From: an uncultured Verrucomicrobiae bacterium
GTDB lineage: Bacteria > Verrucomicrobiota > Verrucomicrobiia > Limisphaerales > UBA11358
Assembly: GCA_963835625.1 (NCBI GenBank)
Contig: CAWIGO010000001.1
Span: 1-32,000, forward strand
Reading direction: 5' to 3'
DNA: 32,000 bases
Shown here: in pieces, positions 25,279 to 32,000 of the stretch
How positions within the stretch are numbered: position 1 is the first letter of the stretch
How the letters are laid out: the number at the start of each line of letters is the position of its first letter
Made by a program: the position numbers and the translations under genes
The notes under the pieces: generated by a model
What the model was told of the DNA's origin: nothing
The model's input: only the letters and a program-made list of their open reading frames with translations
Databases searched by the model: none

Positions 25279-26433
25279 TTATTTGAGAATGTTTGGCAGC
25301 TTGTTCGCGGCTTGCCGCAACGTGTCGGTGGGAATGTGAGTGTATTGTTTGGACACGGTGGGCGAGTCGTGGCCGATAAATTCCCGCGTTATGGCGTCCG
25401 ATACACCAGCAGCTTTGAGCAGGGTGGTGGCCGTGTGCCGAAGCGAATGAAAACTGATTTCGCTTTGTTCGCGCGAAGTGTTGCGGCCTTTGCCGGTGCT
25501 GTGATGACTGCGTTCTTCGGCAAAGCCAGCAGCGACAAGAATCTTGTGAAACTGATTGCTCAAGTTCCCTGCGCGGCCTTGCCGCTGCACCGTGGCGTAG
25601 GCGTTTGGAAAAAGCGGCGCGTCAGGCACATCTGTGGCGGGCAATTTTCCAACGTAGTCAAGCAACGGCGCGGAGAGCGGTAGAAGCTGCCGCCTGCCGG
25701 TCTTGCCGGTGGTGAGACGGATTTCTTTCTGGGTGAGGTTAAGGTTCTTCCAAGTGAGCGTGGCGATGTCACCCAGCCGCTGGCCGGTATAGAGGCCAAA
25801 CAGAATCATGCCGCGCCATTCTTTATCCGCCAGCTCCATGAGCCGTTTCAGTTCGGGCAGTGTGAACGGCTGGCGTTCAAAATCTTTCCGTTGCTTCAAG
25901 ATGGTCACGCGCTCGGCGGGATTGTCGTCCATCAATCCTTCGCGGCGGGCGGCGGCGAAGGCGGAGCGGAGAACCTTCAACATCAAATTGGCCGAGCCGA
26001 CGGCAAGACGTTTCGCAGCGGCGTCGCGGAAACCGGCAACATCCGTTGGCGTGATTTTCTTGATGTCGGCGCTGGCCTTGTGCCCGATGTGTTCGAGAAA
26101 TTGGGTTATGACGCCGGTGTAGCGTTTGTGGGTGGCGTCATCAGCCTCCAGCGATTTGCGGTCGAGCCATGCCTTCAAAAAAGCGCGGGTGGACGAATTG
26201 GGCAACACTTCGGCATTGGCAAGCGCGTAAATGTCTGCGATAACTCTCCGCGCCCGCGATTCGATGAAACGACCGGCAACAGCTTCGCGGGAGGCATCCT
26301 CGTATTTGAGGGCGAGGCCCAAAGCCTTGCGCTTGTCAGGTGTGCCGGTGCTGCGTTGTGTGCGACGGCCATCGGGCAGGGTGTAGCACGCGAACCAGAA
26401 CGGCGAGCGGTCTTTTTTGCGGAGAGATGCCAT
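25279..26433 (-). CDS. Tyrosine recombinase / phage-type integrase (384 aa from the ATG at 26433)
   Basis: 'MASLRKKDRSPFWFACYTLPDGRRTQRSTG' is an integrase-type N-terminus. The catalytic region reads '...TGQRLGDI...', 'HSLRHTATTLL', 'IGHDSPTVSKQYTH' (R...HxxR...H...Y). It lies next to a tRNA fragment. Confidence 0.9.
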   Translation of the reverse strand: MASLRKKDRSPFWFACYTLPDGRRTQRSTGTPDKRKALGLALKYEDASREAVAGRFIESRARRVIADIYALANAEVLPNSSTRAFLKAWLDRKSLEADDATHKRYTGVITQFLEHIGHKASADIKKITPTDVAGFRDAAAKRLAVGSANLMLKVLRSAFAAARREGLMDDNPAERVTILKQRKDFERQPFTLPELKRLMELADKEWRGMILFGLYTGQRLGDIATLTWKNLNLTQKEIRLTTGKTGRRQLLPLSAPLLDYVGKLPATDVPDAPLFPNAYATVQRQGRAGNLSNQFHKILVAAGFAEERSHHSTGKGRNTSREQSEISFHSLRHTATTLLKAAGVSDAITREFIGHDSPTVSKQYTHIPTDTLRQAANKLPNILK

Positions 26434-26538
26434 ATTGTGCCTTTCGTATAATTCTAGTGGCAACAATAGTGGCAACGTCCGCTGATGTCAAGCGTGTTTC
26501 AATATGTCGGATTGTTAGGAAATAGTTAAATTTGTAGT

Positions 26539-26579
26539 GCGGAGTCGTATCGGGGGTTCGAATCCCCCTCTCTCCGCCA
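26539..26579 (+). other. 3' fragment of a tRNA-Ser-like gene (T-arm, acceptor 3' strand and CCA); putative att site and element boundary
   Basis: 'cgtatcGGGGGttcgaatCCCCCtctctccgCCA' closely matches the 3' end of class II tRNA-Ser; E. coli serine tRNAs end CGTATCGGGGGTTCGAATCCCCC...CGCCA. No complementary 5' acceptor strand (GGAGAGA) and no anticodon arm occur in the preceding 100 nt. Confidence 0.65.
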
Positions 26580-26592
26580 GTTCTTTTAAATA

Positions 26593-26621
26593 ACCCCATT
26601 AAATAAAGCATTTACTGGGGT
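26593..26621 (+). terminator. Weak hairpin after the tRNA fragment (accccа/tggggt stem), possibly the native tRNA terminator
   Basis: There is a 6-bp stem (26593-26598 with 26616-26621) and a 17-nt loop, followed by 'attactttt'. The loop is long and the U-tract is poor. Confidence 0.25.
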
Positions 26622-27495
26622 ATTACTTTTCTGCCAGAGTCGAAAATGTATGTAATGATGTATGTGTTGAACCCAAATCCTACACTGGTACTCAGCATTA
26701 TTCACTAAGCAAATCGGGCTTTTGCAGCCTGTCCGCCCCTCGCAACATCCCCTCCTTTTGTGTTATGAACCAGTGAACGAGACTCCGCGTCTCTGTCACG
26801 TCCCCAGTGCTTCTCAGCATTGGGGATTTTTCGTTTATAACCCTCCACCAAAAGGATTCACCATGTCCCCTCAAGCGGCTCATGATGGGGCAAGCGACGG
26901 GATCTTTTCATTTTCGGGCATCACGAGCCAAACGAATTTCAGGACGTAAGAGAGGAAGTGGAGTATATTGAAGTGGCTCTGATGGCAGATCGGTCTGTGC
27001 AGCTGGTTCCTCCGACTGTTCAGGTTTACGTCGGTTATCAGGGCCATGGGAATTAATCCACCGCAATGGCTGCTTCTTTTGCGTTATAAGTAGATGACCG
27101 GGCGATCATTTTTATCCAGTCTGTGTCCTCCACGAATCGGCTCGTAAACCTGATTGCTTACGGCATGTCCCCGCCCCACCGGGCAACTGACCTCAACCTC
27201 AAACCAAACCCTGGAGGCCCGGCCTTAACCGTCGGGGCTTTTGCTTTGTCGAAAGGAGCCCGATTGATCCACCAACAAAGATGATGCCAGCAGAATCGTC
27301 AAACTATTATCAAGTTAAATATTTTCGCTGCCAACCAATAGCGACCGATGCCATAACATTTATTTCAGAGAAAGTTTCAATCAATGGAGGTGGAAATGGT
27401 TCGTTCCGGCAGTCAAAACCTGCTTGCATTTGAATTCTTGCAATCGCCACGCAAACCGGGAAATTTATGGCCGTTCTAATTTGCCGGCGTTGCCC

Positions 27496-27867
27496 ATGAG
27501 GAAGAAAGCCAAATCAATCCGCGCCCCTTCGGTGCAACCCCGCTTCCGCCTTCTTTGTGGCGGCGACATCGCGCTGGGGCCCGGCAAGGCGGAGTTGCTC
27601 GCGCTGATCGGGCAGACCGGCTCCATCAACCAGGCGGCAAAACGGATGGGCATGTCCTATATGCGCGCGTGGTCGCTCGTCCAGACGATGAACCGATGCT
27701 TCAAGAAACCGCTCGTCATCGCCGCGCACGGCGGTGAAGGCGGCGGCGGTACGGAACTGACGGAAACCGGCTGCAAAGTCGTGGCTCTCTATCGGCAGAT
27801 GGAACAGGCGAGCCTGCGCGCGACCGCCGCCCACTGGAAACAATTGCGGCGGCTTCTGTGTGTTTGA
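27496..27867 (+). CDS. ModE-N-terminal-like winged-helix (LysR-type HTH) regulator
   Basis: 'LGPGKAELLALIGQTGSINQAAKRMGMSYMRAWSLVQTMN' matches the ModE/'molybdenum-pterin binding' HTH module. I set the start at the internal ATG 27496 (MRKKAKS...). Confidence 0.65.
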   Translation: MRKKAKSIRAPSVQPRFRLLCGGDIALGPGKAELLALIGQTGSINQAAKRMGMSYMRAWSLVQTMNRCFKKPLVIAAHGGEGGGGTELTETGCKVVALYRQMEQASLRATAAHWKQLRRLLCV

Positions 27868-27965
27868 CCACCCAGGGAAAGGATTCGCCCCGGCTCCGGA
27901 TCGGGCAATTTCAGGTCAGCGTTATATTTGACAAAATATAACGCATCTGGTGGAATTCGCGCCGG

Positions 27966-28685
27966 GTGAAAAACAAGTTTGTCGCAAAACCAGTTGCCCG
28001 CCGACGTGCGTTCACGCTCATCGAACTGCTGGTGGTCATCGCCAGCATCGCCATTCTTGCCGCAATGCTTTTGCCGGCGTTGGCGAAAGCCAGGGAAAAG
28101 ACGTGTTCCACCCAATGTGTTGGCAACCTGCGTCAGTGGGGACTGGCTTACGGGATGTATGCTGACGACAACAATGATTATCTGCCGAGGCGCGGTCAAG
28201 GTGTTCAAGTGCTTGCCCAGATTAACCGGCCAGATGATTGGTTCAACGCATTGCCCGTTTATTTTGGCCTCCTTGCTTTTCAAGTAATGGTCACGAATAA
28301 TGTGAAACCTGCCGCCCACACCCAATCCGTTTTCATTTGCCCGACCGCCGATGATCCGGGTGGAACTTATTTTTTGCCCTATGGAATGAACATGAATCTT
28401 TCGCCGTGGAACCTGCCGCTGGCCACAAAGTTCAGTGATGTGGTTCTACCGGCGTGCGTCGTTACGATGGCTGATGCTCCCGGCCCTTATGCTTCAACGT
28501 ATCCGTCCGTTCAGCCTTACAGCATCGTCGCGCGCCATGCCGCCCGGATCAATTTGCTGTTCCTTGCCGGTCAGGTGCAATCCTTCGCCGGTTCGTATGT
28601 GGGCTGCGGCGCGGGCGATCCCGGACTGGCCGATGTGCGCTGGCTCACCGGCACGGCCAGCGATGCCTCGGCCCACAATTATTGA
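27966..28685 (+). CDS. Prepilin-type N-terminal cleavage/methylation protein of the H-X9-DG (DUF1559-like) pseudopilin family
   Basis: '[33 protein letters not shown]' is a class III signal. The C-terminal '[14 protein letters not shown]' is an H-X9-(D/A)G variant. Confidence 0.85.
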   Translation: MKNKFVAKPVARRRAFTLIELLVVIASIAILAAMLLPALAKAREKTCSTQCVGNLRQWGLAYGMYADDNNDYLPRRGQGVQVLAQINRPDDWFNALPVYFGLLAFQVMVTNNVKPAAHTQSVFICPTADDPGGTYFLPYGMNMNLSPWNLPLATKFSDVVLPACVVTMADAPGPYASTYPSVQPYSIVARHAARINLLFLAGQVQSFAGSYVGCGAGDPGLADVRWLTGTASDASAHNY

Positions 28686-28703
28686 TGAAAAGAGAAACCG
28701 CCC

Positions 28704-29555
28704 GTGAAAAATAAATCCCTGGTTTGTTTCGTCTTGCTTTCATTGCTGCTCGCGGCTTCATGCAGCCGTAAGAAGGTTGAAGCCCCCGTTGATACTGATG
28801 TCGTTCGCTGTGCGGTCATCGGCGGCATGACCATGACCGGTTTGTGGCCGGAGATTGCCAAAAGGTTTGAGGCGCAAACCGGTTATCGGGTTGAAGTCGT
28901 GGCGACCGGCCCGCGTCCCATCCTGGATGCCGCCATGCGCGCTGGAAAAGTGGATTTGCTCACGATGCACTCGGGCGACATCACCACCGATCTCGTGGCC
29001 GACGGATTTGGCGTCAATATGCGACCGTGGACACGCAACGAATTGTGCATTGTCGGCCCGCCGGACGACCCAGCACATATCCGGGGCATGACCAATGGCG
29101 CTGCCGCGCTTCGCAAAATCGCCGCGGCCAAGGCGCGCTTTGTGGATTTTCAGGGCATCGGCAGCCGCGAACTGGTGCATACCTTGTGGCGGCTCGCGGA
29201 CACCGAACCCAAGGGCGATTGGGTTCTCAAGGACGACACGATTTCCAAGTGGAACATCCTGCAATTCGCCCGCAGCAACAAGGCCTACGTGGTGGTCGGT
29301 TACATTCCGGCACAGACGGGCAAGATGCCTGCGGAAGGAATGGAAATTCTGGTCAAAGGCGACCCGATCATGCGGCGGCCGTTCATCGTCATAGAAACCA
29401 ATCCCAAGAAGTTCCCGCAGGCCAATTACGCCGGAGCACGGGCGTTGTCCGACTTCCTGCTTTCCGACCAGGTGCAGAATTTTCTACTCGAATTTGGCCG
29501 CCAGACCAATGGGCCGGGGCCGCTCTTTTTTCCGGTAGCAACCCCTCACGAATGA
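28704..29555 (+). CDS. TupA-like tungstate/molybdate-type periplasmic substrate-binding lipoprotein
   Basis: The lipobox is 'LLLAASC'. The protein is collinear by eye with TupA-type binding proteins ('GFGVNMRPWTRNELCIVGPPDDPAHIRG', 'ILVKGDPIMRRPFIVIETNPKKFPQANYAGA', 'PLFFP'). Confidence 0.7.
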   Translation: MKNKSLVCFVLLSLLLAASCSRKKVEAPVDTDVVRCAVIGGMTMTGLWPEIAKRFEAQTGYRVEVVATGPRPILDAAMRAGKVDLLTMHSGDITTDLVADGFGVNMRPWTRNELCIVGPPDDPAHIRGMTNGAAALRKIAAAKARFVDFQGIGSRELVHTLWRLADTEPKGDWVLKDDTISKWNILQFARSNKAYVVVGYIPAQTGKMPAEGMEILVKGDPIMRRPFIVIETNPKKFPQANYAGARALSDFLLSDQVQNFLLEFGRQTNGPGPLFFPVATPHE

Positions 29556-29587
29556 AACATTAAAAACAAACAGCAAAATTAAACACC

Positions 29588-30373
29588 ATGAAATACAGTT
29601 CATTGATCGCCGCAACCTGCGGCATAATTCTCGCCTTCCCCTTCGCCGGCAAGGCGGACACGTCATTCACCATCAACACCACCATCGCCGACGCGTTCCT
29701 CTCGGGTGCTTCGCCCGCCTTGAATTTTGGCAGCGCTGGCACTCTCGCCATAGCTCCGGCATCTTCAGCCAAAGGCGAATTTGACAGCGTGATCCTGTTC
29801 AACACCGCCGGCGCGGTCAGTCAGTTCAACACGACCTACGGCGCGGGAAATTGGACCATCACCGGTTTGACGTTATCGCTGGCCAGCAACTTCGGCACCC
29901 AAGGCGCGCAACCCAACAACGCCATCTTCAACACCATCAATGCTGGCAGCTTGGGCATTGATTGGCTGGCGAATGACAGTTGGGTGGAAGGCACGGGCGG
30001 CGGCAACGGCGCGCCGGGCTATCCCAACAACAACTCGGTAAGTTTTAATTCGATTTCCAATTTGCTCTCGCCCGGCTATGACTCGCTGGGCACTTATACC
30101 TACACCCCTCCGGGCAACAACGTTTACGCCAATTATTCACTGTCACTCGATGCCAACCTCGTGTCCGACGCCGCTGCCGGAGGAGCCGTTTCGCTTTATT
30201 TTTACGCGGCAGACAACCAGGTCAGTTACCTGTTCAATTCCAGGGAGTTTGCATCCAATCACCCCGAACTGACGGTCACGGCAGCGCCCGTTCCTGAGCC
30301 GGCCACAGCCGCATTGCTGGCTGTATCGCTCGGCGGATTTCTGTTTTCACGCAGACAGGGAAGAAAAAAATGA
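29588..30373 (+). CDS. Secreted PEP-CTERM-anchored protein with a DNRLRE-like N-terminal domain
   Basis: It has a signal peptide. The C-terminal 'VPEPATAALLAVSLGGFLFSRRQGRKK' is a PEP-CTERM sorting signal. It is a paralogue of the next gene. Confidence 0.85.
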   Translation: MKYSSLIAATCGIILAFPFAGKADTSFTINTTIADAFLSGASPALNFGSAGTLAIAPASSAKGEFDSVILFNTAGAVSQFNTTYGAGNWTITGLTLSLASNFGTQGAQPNNAIFNTINAGSLGIDWLANDSWVEGTGGGNGAPGYPNNNSVSFNSISNLLSPGYDSLGTYTYTPPGNNVYANYSLSLDANLVSDAAAGGAVSLYFYAADNQVSYLFNSREFASNHPELTVTAAPVPEPATAALLAVSLGGFLFSRRQGRKK

Positions 30374-31311
30374 GCCGACGCCGGGCAATCGTTTTTGCAA
30401 TCACGCTGCTGTGCCTTGGTTCGATATCAAAGGCGCAGGTTGTTTATACCGGCACGGATTACGCCGATGCTTTTCTCGCCACTGGTTCTCCTAACAACCC
30501 GGAAGGAGCCGACTTGACGGGGTTAAACTTTGGAGGAGCGGGCACACTGGTCGTCGCTCCGGCAGCATCGGTTAAAGGGGAATTTCAGAGCGTCATCAAG
30601 TTCAACCTTTCGAATGCAGTGGCGATGTTCAACACGAACTATGGCGCGGGCAACTGGACAATCACCAACATTTCGCTCGAATTGACCAGCAACTACGGCA
30701 CGAGCAATGTGCAGCCGAATAATGCAATCTTTCCGGTGATCAGCGGTGGTAATTTTGTCATCGAATGGCTGTCCAATGATGATTGGGTGGAAGGAACCGG
30801 CACGCCCAATCTGCCCACAACGGATGGAGTCACCTACGATTCACTTCCCGCCTTGCTGTCCGGCGCGCACGAAATCCTTTGCACAAACACCTATGTGCCG
30901 CCGGGCAACAATGTGCCGGTTACTTACACGTTGCCGCTCGACACAAACCTCGTGGCCGATGTGTCGGGCGGCGGCGACGTGACGTTTCTTTTCTATGCGG
31001 CAGACGACCAGATTGCATACTTGTTTAATTCTTACAGCTACGGACGCGGCAACGAGCCGCTGATTCATGTCACCGCCACACTCAACACGGTGCCGCTTAA
31101 AATTCTTTCCGGGTATTTTACCAATGGCCTCTTCCATTTGACCGCCCTTGGCGGAACGAACCTGCAATACCAGGTGCAAGCCAATTCCGATTTGACAACG
31201 ACCAACTGGCAAACAATTGGAATGGCGACAGCCGACAGATCAGGAATCATTCAGTTTGACGATACCACCGTTACGAACCAACCCCAACGCTTCTATCGGC
31301 TTTCCCGTTGA
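30370..31311 (+). CDS. Secreted paralogue of the preceding gene with a different C-terminal beta-rich domain ending ...QRFYRLSR
   Basis: An ATGA overlap with the upstream gene lies at 30370-30373. The shared domain reads 'GAGTLVVAPAASVKGEFQSVIKFN...YGAGNWTITNISLEL...DDWVEGTG'. Confidence 0.8.
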   Translation: MSRRRAIVFAITLLCLGSISKAQVVYTGTDYADAFLATGSPNNPEGADLTGLNFGGAGTLVVAPAASVKGEFQSVIKFNLSNAVAMFNTNYGAGNWTITNISLELTSNYGTSNVQPNNAIFPVISGGNFVIEWLSNDDWVEGTGTPNLPTTDGVTYDSLPALLSGAHEILCTNTYVPPGNNVPVTYTLPLDTNLVADVSGGGDVTFLFYAADDQIAYLFNSYSYGRGNEPLIHVTATLNTVPLKILSGYFTNGLFHLTALGGTNLQYQVQANSDLTTTNWQTIGMATADRSGIIQFDDTTVTNQPQRFYRLSR

Positions 31312-31347
31312 ACTTGCACAGTGAAAAACCAATAATTCAATATCGTC

Positions 31348-32000
31348 ATGCACGACCTAACGACATTTAATTGGACAATCTTGCTCGCCGCCGTCTTTGC
31401 GGTGGCGTTTTTTTATTCGTCGGTCGGCCACGGCGGCGCGACGGGCTATCTTGCCGTGCTGGCTTTGGTCGGGGTTGCCCCGGCTTCCGCGCGCGTGGCG
31501 GTGTTGATTGCCAACGTTCTGGTCGCCGGCATCGCGTGGTGGCGGTTTGGCTGGGCGGGACATTTCGACTGGCGTGTGCTGCTGTCATTCGCGGTCGTCT
31601 CGGCGCCGTGCGCGTGGCTGGGCAGCCGGGTCCACATCAGTCCGCAGGTCTATAAAATCGTCCTCGGCGTGGTGCTGACGGCGGCGGGACTGGTCCTGCT
31701 CCTGCGTTCGCGCTGGCAGACCGATAACGTGGTGCTGCATGAGTTTTTCCTGCCGCTGGCGCTGCTCATCGGCGCCGGGCTGGGGTTCCTGGCGGGACTG
31801 ACCGGCATCGGCGGCGGCGTTTTTTTAAGTCCGCTTCTCTATTTATTCCGCTGGGTGAAACCGAAAACCACCGGCGGCATCGCGGCGGGCTTCATCGTGC
31901 TCAACTCCATTGCCGGGCTTGCCGGCACGGGCTGGGAAAAAATCACGCACGCCGGGCCGCTGCTCTGGCTCACGCTGCCCGCTGTCATCGGCGCGCTGCT
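31348..32000 (+). CDS. TauE/SafE (DUF81) family membrane permease, 3' partial
   Basis: I translated it by hand from the ATG at 31348 and it stays open to the window end: 'MHDLTTFNWTILLAAVFAVAFFYSSVGHGGATGYLAVL...LAGLTGIGGGVFLSPLL...'. It is multi-TM with GxGGG-type motifs. It is absent from the ORF track because no stop occurs in the window. Confidence 0.8.
   Translation, partial: MHDLTTFNWTILLAAVFAVAFFYSSVGHGGATGYLAVLALVGVAPASARVAVLIANVLVAGIAWWRFGWAGHFDWRVLLSFAVVSAPCAWLGSRVHISPQVYKIVLGVVLTAAGLVLLLRSRWQTDNVVLHEFFLPLALLIGAGLGFLAGLTGIGGGVFLSPLLYLFRWVKPKTTGGIAAGFIVLNSIAGLAGTGWEKITHAGPLLWLTLPAVIGAL

Larger units (their letters stand above)
1..26579. mobile_element. Right-hand portion of an integrative (conjugative or mobilisable) element with defence-gene cargo; the left end lies outside the window
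   Basis: There is a relaxase-helicase C-terminus at the left edge. A tyrosine integrase (25279-26433) lies next to a displaced tRNA-Ser 3' fragment (26539-26579) that still has a downstream hairpin. GC content is mosaic inside, and ordinary PVC-type chromosomal genes lie to the right. The left boundary and the intact tRNA copy are not visible. Confidence 0.55.

Noticed and set aside
25891-26451. 186-aa plus-strand ORF
   Set aside because: It is antisense to the integrase gene, which carries the R-H-R-Y catalytic signature.
26481-26579. A complete tRNA-Ser gene
   Set aside because: The preceding ~100 nt contain no 5' acceptor strand complementary to tctctcc and no D or anticodon arm. Only the 3' third is present.
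26698-26949. Small overlapping ORFs (61 and 75 aa) in the 840-nt gap after the tRNA fragment
   Set aside because: They overlap each other on opposite strands and have no motifs or RBS. The region is better treated as non-coding flank.
27180-27300. A Moco or other riboswitch upstream of the ModE-like gene
   Set aside because: Only vague matches (ggaggcc..., gaaaggagccc) appear. The conserved Moco helices and loops could not be laid out.

Overview
The first ~26.6 kb look like the right-hand part of an integrative, probably conjugative, element. The last ~5.4 kb look like chromosomal flank. PEP-CTERM proteins and an H-X9-DG pseudopilin suggest a PVC-group, probably Verrucomicrobiota, genome. 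Left to right the element carries the 3' end of a MobF-type relaxase-helicase, a small ORF, and a 1686-aa Avs-like STAND NTPase with a PD-(D/E)xK-like N-terminus on the minus strand. Next come a ~250-nt structured repeat (copy A), an ORF with an unresolved start, a truncated repeat copy (C) and a canonical thyA. An uninterrupted, tightly coupled minus-strand array of eight genes follows (24551 down to 8741). Its first five genes are an SNF2/DUF3883 helicase, a DUF4062-HATPase_c_4-wHTH protein, a GGCT/AIG2-like enzyme, a DUF1156 methyltransferase and a DUF499 ATPase. The helicase, methylase and ATPase form a core related to Hma and BREX-type loci. The last three genes are a lower-GC triad that I cannot assign to any described system: a TIR-P-loop ATPase, a 314-aa tandem Rossmann-like unknown, and an SPPY methyltransferase. 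Two short ORFs and repeat copy B sit at the head of the array. A tyrosine integrase and a displaced tRNA-Ser 3' end (26539-26579) mark the element boundary. The flank encodes a ModE-like HTH protein, a pseudopilin, a TupA-like binding lipoprotein, two tandem PEP-CTERM-type paralogues and a partial TauE/SafE permease. I saw no rRNA, complete tRNA or CRISPR array. All functional calls come from motif recognition by eye; no searches or folding programs were run.
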